Of a DNA stretch of 64,000 bases, positions 1 to 11,639 are shown one piece after another (position 1 is the first letter of the stretch; each line of letters opens with the position of its first letter). The position numbers and the translations under genes are program-made. Source of the stretch: Callorhinchus milii (Eukaryota); the NCBI RefSeq assembly GCF_018977255.1, contig NW_024704743.1, positions 51,958,001-52,022,000 of the forward strand. The letters are read 5' to 3'. The notes beneath the pieces were generated by a model. It ran no database searches, was not told the DNA's origin, and was given only the letters and a program-made list of their open reading frames with translations.

Positions 1-194
1 TATTACTATAAGGATATGAAATGATTTGTGTAAAACATTTATATATAAACGTTTTTTCACAAAAATTCCCATTTTTGGAAAAAGTAACATGCAATATGAA
101 CACATAGACCCGAATCATAACCTTCCTCAAACAAGCTGCTGAACTCTAGTTTTCATGATAATGTACAGCTTTATAATCCGTGCACTGGTTATCC

Positions 195-395
195 TTTTAT
201 ACCCCGCTCAAGTGGCCATTGTTCATGTGTGACCCTTGGCAGTGAGTGTTGGCAGGCCATTTGGCTTTACAAGGTGTCACAGCCGAACCTGACCTCTGCC
301 CACTTGGCTGCCCCCTCACACACACAATCAGTAGACGGTACTGATGACAGACCAAGAGCAGGAATCCTGGCTGCTTTTACCTTCCCTAACTAAAG
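195..395 (-). mobile_element. AmnSINE2-like ancient SINE fragment
   Basis: caagtggccattgttcatgtgtga..cagtgagtgttggcaggc..tcacagccgaacctga..agcaggaatcctggctg resembles the reverse of the AmnSINE2 body as I recall it; not database-checked. Confidence 0.5.
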
Positions 396-499
396 TTAAC
401 CTTCCCTAAAGTTAAATGTATATTTCCGAATCATTAATATGGATGAAAATCAAGTAACGTCTCAGTGCAGATTCTTGGAATGTTCAATCAATCCAAGAA

Positions 500-1130
500 G
501 ATTCATTTATTTCTATTCTCCAACTCCTATTTTGAGCCATCCCACTGCCAATGCCATTAATGCATTTTAATATAAGAGCTTTCTCAGCTAGTTTCTTTTG
601 AGGCACTTGACCAAATACCTTCTGAGAATCTATATGTATATCATGAAAACTAGAGTTCAGCAGCTTGTTTAGGGAAGGGAATGATTCGGGACTATGTATG
701 CAATCCCTTTATCTACTCTCTCTGTGACTCCATCAAAAAAATTAACTAAATTAGTCAAGTATACTGATTCTTGCAAGTCAATTTCTCTCTTTCTTAACGT
801 TCACAAATTCCATCCCGCATTGTCTTATTGTCTTATTGTCTTATTCTCTAAAAGCAGAAACAAAGTACTTAAGTAGCTTCGCAATTCTTTATTCTTTCAT
901 TCCAAACTATAATTGACTTTTAGTTATCTAACCCTTTTTTTGGTCTATCCCCTTTTATTTACTTATAAAAGCTTTTGCTATTATTGTTCATATTGATTAA
1001 CAGTTCTTTTCATATTACTTCTTAAACTTCCTATTCTACACTTTTGCTACCCTGATAATCATTTTTACATTTATGGTAAATCTATAATCATTGCATGTTG
1101 TTTTTTTTAACCTAATATTTCCTACTATAA
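500..1130 (-). mobile_element. Degraded CR1-clade LINE ORF2 fragment
   Basis: Minus-strand remnants: NNNSKSFYK (~960-990), LTNLVNFFDG (~730-760, cf. CLTNLLEFFE), DIHIDSQKVFGQVP (~600-645, cf. DIIYLDFQKAFDKVP); stops and indels. Confidence 0.7.
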
Positions 1131-1597
1131 GAATCCTGTATTAAATCTCACAAGGTAAAGAAATATTGGTGAACACTTAATTTCCGAAACAACATGGTCA
1201 GTTGCTTACATTATTCAGCATCAGCAACAAGACTCAGTAGAACAAATAACTTTGAGTAATATTTCAAATCATTCATTTGGGCTTCAAGAAATCTTAGATA
1301 ACATATGCAGTTTGCCAGAGATAACTGCTTGTAATCTATACTACAGTATGTATGCGACTTGACAACCACCTTTCAGCGACAGATGTGTGCATGGACAAAT
1401 TTTTCTTGAGGCTATTGAGTCTTGACAACATTGGAACTCCTTATTTATTGACAAAACACGGTGATCTTGTTATCAAATTTGTCCATGACTTTGTGGGATG
1501 ATTAGGATATATTTTTCTTTATCTAGCAAGATAGTTTTTTTTGTAATTAATATTTCATTCATTCTATCAATCCAATCTACTGCCATCAGTGGGTCCT

Positions 1598-1911
1598 ATA
1601 ATAATAATCCTTGCATTTGATATAGCGCCTTATCACATCTTTGAGACGTCTCAAAGCACTTCACCGAATATACTGTAAAGTGAATTGACTGTATATTTTG
1701 TGGGCAAAACATGGTAGCCAATTGCACACAGCAGTGTCCCAAAAACAATCATAGATTGAAGTGACCAATTTATTATATTTTTGTTTGGAGGAATTATTAG
1801 CCCCCAGTAAAGCGATCTGCCAATCGACAACCAGATTCCTATTTATTGCTAGGTAAACAGAGGCGTGTGGAGCAAGGAAACTTGCCCAACATTTCGTCCT
1901 GCCCAGGTCTC
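1598..1911 (-). mobile_element. tRNA-Ala-like Deu-domain SINE, type A (long), head truncated
   Basis: (TAA)n tail, aatccttgcatttgatatagcgcc, Deu core cagccaattgcacacagcagtgtccc, and type-A internal segment gctaggtaaacagaggcgtg. Confidence 0.9.
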
Positions 1912-1928
1912 TTATTAATAATTATTAA

Positions 1929-2250
1929 AATAATAATAATAATAATCCTTGCATTTGATATAGCACTTTTCACATCTTCTAGACTTCTCAAAGTGCTTCA
2001 CAGAATATGCTGTAAAGTGAATTGACCGTATATATGTAGGCGAAACATAGCAGCCAATTGCACATAGCAGTGTCCCACAAACAGTCGTGGATTGAAAATG
2101 ACTAATTTATTATTGTTTTTTGTTTTAGAGGGATTATTATTAGGCATGTGGAGTAAGGAAACTTTCCCAAGGTTTCACCCTGCTTGGAATTGAACCCAGG
2201 TGTCTCGCTTGCAAGGCGAGTGCTCTAACCACTGAGCTACAGGACTCCAC
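1929..2250 (-). mobile_element. tRNA-Ala-like Deu-domain SINE, type B (short), full length
   Basis: Head gtggagtcctgtagctcagtggttagagc (A box), ggttcaattcc (B box), TGC anticodon-like loop, Deu core, (TTA)n tail. Confidence 0.95.
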
Positions 2251-2529
2251 ATCTTGGTAGATCACATAAAGGTAACCGATGAGTAGCATTAGGAATATTG
2301 TCAGCCAATCATTATGCCAATACTTTACCTGAGTCAGTGACGTGGTCTGCAGTACTATAAGGCATACCTATTTGCTGGTGAACTTGCACAGCTGCACTGC
2401 GATATAATATCCTAGAATGCCTTGTTGAGTGACGTGGATAGTTGCCATATGATCAACAAGTATTTAATCTTTTCAGATGCAGCGCCATTTGTGTTCGACA
2501 TGCATTTGGTGAAATGTTTATGAATCATC

Positions 2530-2634
2530 AATAATCCTTGCATTTTCATATAGCGCTTTTCACGTCTTCTAGAGTCTCAAAGCTTTTCACAGAATACACT
2601 GTAAAGTGAATTGACTATATTTGTGGCCGAAATG
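2530..2634 (-). mobile_element. SINE 3' tail fragment
   Basis: aataatccttgcatt..tagcgcttttcacgtcttctagag..cacagaatacactgtaaagtgaattgact matches the tail of the other copies. Confidence 0.85.
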
Positions 2635-2894
2635 CTTGTGACAACTCTCTTTCTTACTCCAAAAGCATTTTAAATATTGCAAGCCTCAGTGCAAAAATAC
2701 CTCAGGGTAACCATACCTGCCTAAGAATCGTTCAGATTGGAAACCAAAGAAATTAGGAAAAAATTGTCTGGGTATAACATCAGTTACCAAGCAATGAAAA
2801 TCTTCAACCAGTTTAGAGGAAAGGGAGATGCATGTTTCATTCTCATCTACACAAATTGCTTTGTTTGCTCTAAATCCTATTCTTTCACGAGATG

Positions 2895-3385
2895 CCAAGA
2901 TTGGTTTGGAAGAAGAATACCCTTTTCTGAAAACATGGCCCAACTGATCTTATCCTTCCAGAAAACTCACCCACCTGTTCCCCTACCACAGTATCAAACT
3001 GCTTTTTTAAATGAATCCAGTGTCCTCTACCACCTTTCCTGCACCCTGTTCCAGTTGATGATTACCCTTTGAGTAAAGAAAAACTTCCTGGTCCTGAAAC
3101 AAAAACAGAGAGAGCTGGGAAAACTCAGCAGGTCAGGCAGCATCTATAGAGAAAGTTTTTGTTTTAGATTCCAGCATCTGCAGTATTTTGTGTTTTGTTC
3201 CTGGTCCTGAAGTTGCCCTTTACAACTTTAAACCTTTGTCCTTTGTTCTAATGTCTTGTTGCATCCTAAAATAGTGATCTGGGTTTGTCTCTTCAATTTC
3301 ATTTAACATTTAATACACCTCTGTTAGAATCCCTCTGAGTCATCTTTTCTCAAGACAGAGAATCCCTAGCTTGTCTAACCTTCTT
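2895..3385 (-). mobile_element. CR1-clade LINE 3' fragment, interrupted by a 99-bp insert
   Basis: Minus strand reads FFTQRVIINWNRVQERW-like ORF2 C-terminus followed by a CR1-type 3' UTR. Confidence 0.75.
3099..3197. mobile_element. Penelope-like terminal fragment with internal inversion and 14-bp target-site duplication
   Basis: Flanked by ttcctggtcctgaa at 3085-3098 and 3198-3211; ctcagcaggtcaggcagcatct and ccagcatctgcagtattttg resemble shark Penelope-like termini (recalled). Confidence 0.65.
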
Positions 3386-4905
3386 CCTTTCACTATTGCA
3401 CTATTGTACGTGCAACAAGAAGGTTTTCAAAAAGGACCTTTCATTGCATTGAAACCAGGCCTTCTTGAAGACCGCAGAGTATTCATATTATCCAGTGCAT
3501 TTTCATGCCTAGTTAGACAATTAAAATGAGGAAAACATGATTGGAATGCCATCCACCAGGCCTCCAGCATTATGGATGTCCTAAAAACTCTGTCCGAAGA
3601 TTTAGGAAGTGTTTAGATTATGGACAATTTATGTGAAGGAAATATAAAAGCACAAACCTGAATAGGTATGTAATCTTGCCATGTACATTCAGAAAACTGA
3701 CATCTTTATAATTGTCTCATAGTATCTTGCAATTTTTATTGCAAAGAGTTTCAATTGCATTGCAGTATTGTTCTAAAGAACTGTTGATGCTTTTCCCACC
3801 CTTCAGATAAACAAAACAAAATACACTCAACATTGTTTGTTCCCTGTCTGAGAGGTTTACTGTTATGCTGTCAACACTGAAAGACCTGTTTTTTTAGCCA
3901 CATTTTTATGTTCTAGATTTCTTTACACAAGTCTCTTATACTCCCTGCTGTGCTTTGTGATAAGAGAATAAAATACGATTATCACTTGTCTTGTACACAA
4001 TAAAACAACTCTCTGAATTTTTCCCTGTTGCATGTTTGAATTTATTTTTCCGAGAGTGTATTACGATATACATACTGTATATTTAATAAAAATGTATTTC
4101 CAGAATGTGTTTTGGGGCCATTTTTCCTCCACCATTTTCCTCCACTTTTCTCCTCTGCCGTCCCTTCGTCTATTTTATTTGGAATCCACTTCTACTGGGT
4201 TATATTTCCAAAGGCACCTTGCAGTATCTGGCCCAAATGGCCCTAATTCTTGAATGGGGCTTGACAGTGAGTGTTAATTATCACATTGACTCTGTTATGA
4301 AACAATGCACCAGGGAACAATATCCTTGGGATAGAGAGAGTTCATGAAACGATAAAATACTGTAACTTCACGCCATCTGGGCTAAGAAGAAATTTAGACA
4401 TTATGAAGCAATTTTTTTTTATCCCCTACTATTTCTAAAAAAAGGAAAGCAATTCTTTAATATTGTTTTATACCTACACAAAGAGATTTTCTAATCAGAG
4501 ATAAACTTAACCAGCTAGATAATTTGAATTTGTAGCCTTTCTCATGTTCTGAATTACTGGAATAGAAGCAGTTTGGTCCAATATCATGGGACTGGTATGA
4601 AATATGAATGTCTGTGAATTTCCTGAACATGTTGGTATGATTATATACTGGGATTATCTTTTCATAAACTCACACGCTCAAGAATGTTGATCCATAGTTA
4701 TTGGCACCTTTAGTATTTTATAGGTCAAGTGGCAAAACCCATTTAAGACTATTTCTTGATTCTAATTCATTTATTTTCATTTGATACACATGTTGTTAAA
4801 AAACTTTGCTTGGATCAAATTCAATGCAAGTTTTATGACGTGAGATTGAGCTGTTTACTGTTGTGAGCAGTCTTCTGCTGCCTGTCCACCTGGTATAATT
4901 GTATC

Positions 4906-5275
4906 GTGGAGTCCTGTAGCTCAGTGGTTAGAGCGCTGGCCTCGTAAGTGAGAGACCTGGGTTCCAATCCCCTGCAAGGCGAAACGTTGGGCAAGTTTCC
5001 TAACTCCACACGTCTCTGTTTACCTCGCAGTAAGTAGGAATCTGTTTTTAGTCGATTGGCGGATTGCTTTTCCGGGGTAATAATTCCTTCAAAAAAAAAT
5101 AACAAATGTGTCACTCAATCTACAACTATTTGTGGGACACTGCTGTGCACAATTGGCTGCCGCGTTTCGCCCGCAAAATATACAGTGAATTCACTTTACA
5201 GTATATTTTGTGAAGCGCTTTGAGACATTTTGAAGACTTGATAAGGCGCTGTATCAAATGCAAGGATTATTATTA
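4906..5275 (+). mobile_element. tRNA-derived Deu-domain SINE, type A, full length
   Basis: A/B-box head, type-A internal segment, Deu core, tail; followed by a 53-bp foreign insert and a second tail (5329-5366). Confidence 0.95.
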
Positions 5276-5367
5276 AAGAGGAAAGATTCATTCCATCTGT
5301 TCTGACTGGATTTGAACTCACTTCCAAGGCGTTATATCAAATGCAAGGATTTTAATTTTTATTATTG

Positions 5368-5465
5368 ATACTGTGATGGGAAGACAGTAGGATGGAGATT
5401 CTGGAAGGATGAGATCAAATGGGCTGAAGGCCTTCTTCATCCAAATCAATCTTGTGATATTCTGA
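5368..5465 (+). mobile_element. CR1-clade 3' tail fragment
   Basis: aatgggctgaaggccttcttcatccaaatcaatcttgtgat matches the CR1 3' ends at ~36830-36875 and ~2895-2945. Confidence 0.65.
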
Positions 5466-5524
5466 TGGGTATAATTTCTGGATTAGTTGATTTTGTATCA
5501 TGAGTTTACATTGATAAAATGATC

Positions 5525-5865
5525 GAAATTTACAGTGCAGAAGGAGACCATTCAGCCCAAGAAGTCTGTATCAGCTCTTGCAGCTCGTTGTTCATCCAAT
5601 CCCACTGCCTTGCCTTATCCCCAACCTCTTCAAGGCCTTATCCCTAACCTCTTCAAGGCTTTATCTATTGAAATCCACAATGGACTCTGCCTCTCCCACC
5701 TTATTGGGTAGGACAATCCATATTCCAACATAAATTCTCCAAAGATCTCCTTCCTCATTGACTCCCCTACCAGAGGAAATAGTATCATCCAATTTGTCCT
5801 GTCAAAGCCCCTCTTAATTTTGGACACCTCTATCAGATTGCCTCCAGTCTTTCTCTGCTCACGTT
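5525..5865 (-). mobile_element. CR1-clade LINE 3' fragment
   Basis: Minus ORF KIKRGFDR..LFPLVGES..; tail tacagtgcagaaggagaccattcagccc; internal 23-bp tandem duplication 5612-5657. Confidence 0.75.
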
Positions 5866-5894
5866 ATTTTGAGCTAGGAAAATTACCAGTAAAA

Positions 5895-6166
5895 TAGATG
5901 CATTGTCAAAGGTGACATCTTTCCAACAAGATAATAAACTGAGGCCCCGTCTGTCTGATCAGATGGACGATAAAGATCCTGTGGCACTATTCAAAAAGAG
6001 AAGGAAGTTTCTTCTTGTTTCTTGGCCAACAATCCCCCAAATAACATTGGTCATTCATTTCATGGCTATTTGTGGGACATTGCTGTGTGCAAATTGGCTG
6101 TCACATTTGCCCAGAGTCATTCCATTTTACAGCACTGTGAAGAGCTTTGAGATATCCTCCTGATGT
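5895..6166 (+). mobile_element. Deu-domain SINE type C (full Deu domain; SacSINE1-like), partial
   Basis: aaactgaggccccgtctg..taaagatcctgtggcactattcaaaaagag..tttgtgggacattgctgtgtgcaaattggctg. Confidence 0.85.
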
Positions 6167-7054
6167 TTTTAACTTCTGAGCATGAATATAGTAAAATTAA
6201 ATGGGCTATAAAAAGAGATTTGTTGCATAGCAGTCAAAAACTGCTTGTGATTTTTCTGTAAGAAAAAAACATTGCAAAAGGCTGAACATTTAGTATGTTT
6301 AGTATAGTTACAGGCATTGAATCACTCAGCTGGAAGTTGGCATCATTCTGGGTACGAGAGGGAATGGAAAGCAACAGAATAAGAGGAAAATGAGAATAAA
6401 AGTCAAATAAAGCAACTTTCAAAGCCTTTATTTAAGTGCTGCATTCTATTAAATTATTCGGCTGTTACTATCTGTAATGAAGAAGCTTCTCATGCTGCCA
6501 GCATTCTGGCAGCCACTTCAGCACAGGCATGTTGTAACTAGTGGGTAAGTGTGTGGGTGTCTAGTTTAACTCCGCAGGATTACAGAGGTGGTAAAAACCT
6601 TGAGAGAAAGTCTGCCTTCACTTGTTTCCATTCATATCCCTTGGATTTCTCAGGATAATTAGAGAAAAATTCAGAAAAAGAAGACATCCATTACATCCAA
6701 AGCTTTGAGCTGCTTGTATTTAGATCATACTTTACTTAATGGGATGATGAGCCACTCATAATAATATTTGCACAAAAATCTTAATAACATGCCATCATCA
6801 AGACAGCAGCAGAATAGGCAACTGACACAGAAGCAATCCAATTCATTAGCCTTGTCACCACCAATCGAGGCTGATTGTTTTACCTTGTTTCTTTAGCTTT
6901 ATTCATTCATTCAACTTTTTCAGTCTATCAAATTATTTGACTGTTAATTTGACTGACTACATGGTGTGATGAGTATCAGAGGACAGGTTCATTTCTAAAC
7001 GCCATGCTCCAGTGCATGTTCCTTAAAAGAGATGACAGCATTTGCATCTAATTC

Positions 7055-7440
7055 AACAACAATAACAACTTGCATTTATGTAGCCTCTCATGTAGGATAG
7101 CATGTCGGAGTGCTTCATAATGATGGGATTAGATGCTGAGCAATGGGGAAGGGAGAGGTGAACATAGGCACGGTTGGAGAGAAAGATAGATAGGGATGGA
7201 CGAAGTATAGGAATAGAGGCAGCGAATTCCAGAGGTTAAGGGTGTAGTGACTGAAGGTTCGGCCACCAATGTTGGCGCAGAGGGAAAGGGACATGAAGCA
7301 GGCCTGTGTTCTGTCTTAGCAGAGCGGAGGGGATAAGCACAGGAGTGGGGTACAAGTAGTTCAGAGACAGAGGGAGATGCTAGAGGGTGAAAAATGTGAG
7401 GTGAGGATACTGAAACACGCAAGTGTGAAAGAATTGAGGG
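7055..7440 (-). mobile_element. L2-clade LINE 3' fragment
   Basis: (AAC)n tail aacaacttgcatttatgtagc and degraded L2 ORF2 C-terminus on the minus strand. Confidence 0.8.
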
Positions 7441-7449
7441 ATACATTGA

Positions 7450-8218
7450 ATTGACCTTTCATCTCTTGGAAGTGAGTTCAAATCCAGTCAGAACAGATGG
7501 AATGAATCTTTCCTCTTTAATAATAATCCTTGCATTTGATACAGCGCCTTATCAAGTCTTCAAAATGTCTCAAAGCGCTTCACAGATTATACTGTGAGGT
7601 GAATTGACTATATATTTTGTGGGTGAAACACGGCAGCTAATTGCGCACAGTAGTGACCCACAAAAAGTCGTGGATTGAGTGACCAATTTATTATTATTTT
7701 TTTTTTGAAGGAGTTATTACCCCCAGAAAAGTGATCCGCCTATCGACTAACAACCGGGTTCCTGCTCACTGCTAGGTAAGCAGAGGCGTTGTGGAGTTAG
7801 GAAACTTGCCCAACGTTTCGCCTTGCCGGGAATTGAACTGAGGTCTCTTGCTTGCGAGGCGAATGCTCTAACCACTGAGCTACAGGACTCCACTAGCTCT
7901 AAGGTTCTAAAGCAGAGTGGATTAAGTGTAATCTCAATCCCAGCTCCTAATGGGTACAGTTCAAAACTATTAATAATTTGTGAATCATTAACATTAAATT
8001 GGAAACCTTACCCAGAGGCAAGAAGGGATGGTTGGTGTGCAAATGTTAAAGTTCAAAGAAAGACCATGCTTCAGAGTCTGGGGTTAAAGTACATTGTTGG
8101 TTTTGAGTAGGAAGAGCTTTAGTGGTTGTGCAATACCTGGCCTGAGAGCACTGGATGTTGACTCTAGTACCAAAAGTGGAAAAATATTCCATTCTCCAGC
8201 ACTGACAGCTCTTACCTG
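7450..8218 (+). mobile_element. LF-SINE-like element interrupted by a younger SINE
   Basis: acctttcatctcttggaagtgagttcaaatccag (tRNA-like head); tctcaatcccagctcctaatggg; ggggttaaagtacattg..gagcttt; ccagcactgaca. Blocks are collinear with the LF-SINE consensus as recalled. Confidence 0.55.
7518..7893 (-). mobile_element. tRNA-derived Deu-domain SINE, type A, full length
   Basis: Reverse-complement homologue of 4906-5275 from head (..tacaggactccac) to (TAA)n tail. Confidence 0.95.
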
Positions 8219-8354
8219 GTCTCTAGGCACAGGTCTCTACAGCAGATAGGTCTTTCAGCCTATCGTGTCTGTGCCAACTCTCTGAAAGTGCCATCCATTT
8301 AGATCTGCTCCCAAATATTCTCAATTTTCTCTAATCGTTCCTTTGTCTTTTCAT

Positions 8355-8465
8355 GTGTCATCTTGACTCACAGTATTACTTAGGTAGCAGTCTTGTCTCT
8401 CAGTCAAAAATGTTGTGGATTCAAGTCCACATTATTATTTGAGGTGACACTTAGTGCACAACTGT
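8355..8465 (+). mobile_element. Type C SINE head fragment
   Basis: gtgtcatcttgactca..ggtagcagtcttgtctctcagtca..gttgtggattcaagtccac resembles the head at 48350. Confidence 0.6.
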
Positions 8466-8601
8466 AAAATTGCAACTTATTTTGTAAATATTTCAGCTAA
8501 TTTGCTGTTTATTCTGTATATAATTAAGTCTATGGGCTCTAACAGGCTCAGTTGCGAATTTTTATTATCTTCTACAAATACAGGCAATTGGTCACTATAG
8601 C

Positions 8602-8920
8602 TCCTGTAGCTCAGTGGTTAGAGCACTCGCCTTGCAAGCGAGACACCTGGGTTCAATTCCAGGCAGGGCGAAACCTTGGGAAAGTTTCCTTACTCCACAC
8701 ACCTAATAATAATCCCTCTAAAACAAAAAACAATAATAAATTGGTCATTTTCAATCCACGACTGTTTGTGGGACACTGCTATGTGCAATTGGTTGCTATG
8801 TTTCGCCACAAATATACGGTCAATTCACTTTACAGCATATTCTGTGAAGCACTTTGAGAAGTCTAGAAGACGTGAAAAGTGCTATATGAAATGCAATGAT
8901 TATTATTATTATTATTATTA
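8602..8920 (+). mobile_element. tRNA-Ala-like Deu-domain SINE, type B
   Basis: About 96% identical by hand alignment to the reverse complement of 1929-2250. Confidence 0.95.
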
Positions 8921-10398
8921 TATATGGCTCTCGTCCATCAATTTGGTTGCCTCCTAAAAGAATTTTATTGAATTTTTGGGCATGTATATAACCTATTTCT
9001 TTCTGTATTTATGCTATTTTATGGTCTGTATAAACTTCAGACAAACATTTGTAGAATCAAATAATGCTGAGGATTTAGACTGACCAATCTACAATCACCA
9101 ACTCCTGAATATCTAGATTACATTAGCTTTTTGTCTTCTATTGCAATTGCGCGTGTATTGACTGCTAAATGTATTAACCAGATTATTTTGTTTGGCTTTA
9201 TTTTCCTGAGGATTCTGGATTGTATAAAATCTGACTGCTGTTGTTTTGTTCCATGTCCTGTAGATCATTCTGGAGTAATTTCCTAATTTATGGGCCTCAA
9301 GGCACTTTGGGCAAGTGCTGCCTAATGGGAACACTACAAACTCCTGATATACCATTGGAAATTTATACTGGCCTGTCACAGCCTAGTGCTAAGCACTTAA
9401 CTTCACTCAATGAGCAAAAGAATGCTTATGCATACTAATGTTAGTGACAAATGCACCTTCAAACAATTCTAATTTCAGGTACTCAAAGTTGAATCTAAAC
9501 CAAACATTTGAATTATCTCAAAGATTACTACTGAGAATACACTATAGAATGCTAACTGCCTGAAGCAGCTCAGCTGAAGCTAAGACAATTTATTTTAACA
9601 TTTTCTCTCCAATTTAGTGTATACTATATAGAGTATTGTAACTGAACAGTGGTTGGGGTGCAGATGGTGTTTGTGATGATTTTGTTTTATTTAAACTATT
9701 TAATAAATGTTTCCGGTTGTCTAACACAGACTCAATGTCCTGATTCTATAGCTATGATGAAATGTGCTTCTGTGACATGAAAACATCATGTGCAGTTGTG
9801 ACACACACACAGACAAAAGTCAGCCCTTTAACCACTTAGGCTTTACTATTATGGCTCATGGTGACAGCCAAATCTCTCAATTAGATTACCACTAGCTGCT
9901 AACTCACTCCCAAGGAACTGTGGCTCTTACCTGAACTGATCTATGTTCTTGTCTGCGTCATTGCAAACAGATGTTAACCTTCACTCAGAAGGTCCTGCTA
10001 CATCAGTGTGATTCCTCATAGACCCAGCAAGTACTAGGCCCTGACTGCTCTTTACTTTTCCCACAGTTCCTTGGATATGATGCCATTAATGCTTAGGGAC
10101 ATGTGATGTTACATGCACACTAAGGATGTGAAGGTCAAGGTTATAAAAATACCAACAAGTCTCAAGGTTGACAGAAGCACTGAAATCTACAGTAGCAAAT
10201 GGAAAATGTGACACAGCATGTTATACAATGTGATAAGCTTAACCTTTTCACATGTTTTGGATTTCTCTGCAACCAATGAACAAATCTGAGTATACACTGC
10301 CGACATGTGTGCAAACAAACACAAATAGGAATGGCCAACCTCTTGATCATTAAGATGCTGCCCCTTTAACAATGGTGAGAAAATGAAATAATGCAACT

Positions 10399-10550
10399 GA
10401 TAATAATCCTTGCATGTAGCACCTTATCATGTCTTCGAGAATATCAAAGTGCTTCACAGAATATAATGTAAAGTGAATTGACTGTGTGTTTTGTGGGCGA
10501 AACTCGGCAGCCAATTATGCGCAGCAATGTCCACAAAACAGTCGTGGATA
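10399..10550 (-). mobile_element. SINE 3' half
   Basis: Tail plus Deu core cagccaattatgcgcagcaatgtcc. Confidence 0.85.
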
Positions 10551-11639
10551 ATTATAAAAGTAAACAAGTCGGAAAAAAAAATATAAATTTAAAGAGCGAC
10601 AGATTGGCAGAGCCTACCATGAGTTTACAGTGGTTATAATTTTGAATGACATCTGCTTGAAACCCTAGTAGACTCAGAGGACCCATCTGCCTCTTTACCG
10701 TAAGTGAATGTGTTGCTTCAGATTCTCTAAGCACCAATGATTGTGAATATGCATGCGCTCCTCTCACAGGGCAGATTGAGGCACTGCAGCACCTTCAGCC
10801 TACGACAGCCACAAGTTAGGAAGAAATCAGATTTGACAGTTGTCATGTAAACAATAAATTAGAAGATTAAGTGAAAGATACATGTTGAAACTGATCATCG
10901 GTACCTGACTTCTGTTCAGTTTGAACGTGGCTCATCTACACTGTATGGAAAGAATACTGTCTTTGTCAGTACTTACAATCCTATCTCTGGTTTACTGTCT
11001 AATTATAAACTGTAAACATTCCCTGAGTGCATTTATTTTTGAGCAGAATTCCCCTTGCAATGTTGTAAGTAGTAAAGTGAAAGGGAATTATTCATCTCCT
11101 CTCCAGAGGATCTTTTTTAATGAATAAAATAAATTCACATGTGGAACTGCTAAATAGATTTCATAAAGAGAAAATAAACACCCCAAAAGCTTTTCATTAT
11201 TAACAGGCAAGCACTGAAAGAAATTAAACGGTGATTAGCATGGCACTCTTTGTTGTAAAGATGGCAGACTGTCATTCTCTTGTGTTTTCAGCTTTCTCAT
11301 TGTTGAGGTAAACAAAAAGGAAAACTCAATACAAAGGTTGAAGTCAATGTGTTGGTTGTAAACAAAATGCAAACAGTGTTGTTATTGTGCTGGAATCAAA
11401 TGAATACATTTTAGACCAAGGCTTCTGCTCTCTGGAGCCAAAGTGTAACACCCATCAGACCAGATTTCTTCCCAGGACTAATTGTATCCCAGTTGTGGAA
11501 CATGTTAGAGGAAGTGGTGAGACAAATAACAACCAGACTGACTACTAGACTCACTCACTGCTGCTTTTGTTAGGTCTTTGAAATGCTTTGAGATGTCCTC
11601 CTGAAATGAACAGAGCTATATAAATATAAATTGTTGTTA

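Noticed and set aside
8602..8675. tRNA-Ala(TGC) gene (also at 2250, 14694, 26136, 55304)
   Set aside because: Each cloverleaf-like head runs straight into a SINE body and tail, and the acceptor and T stems are imperfect; these are SINE heads
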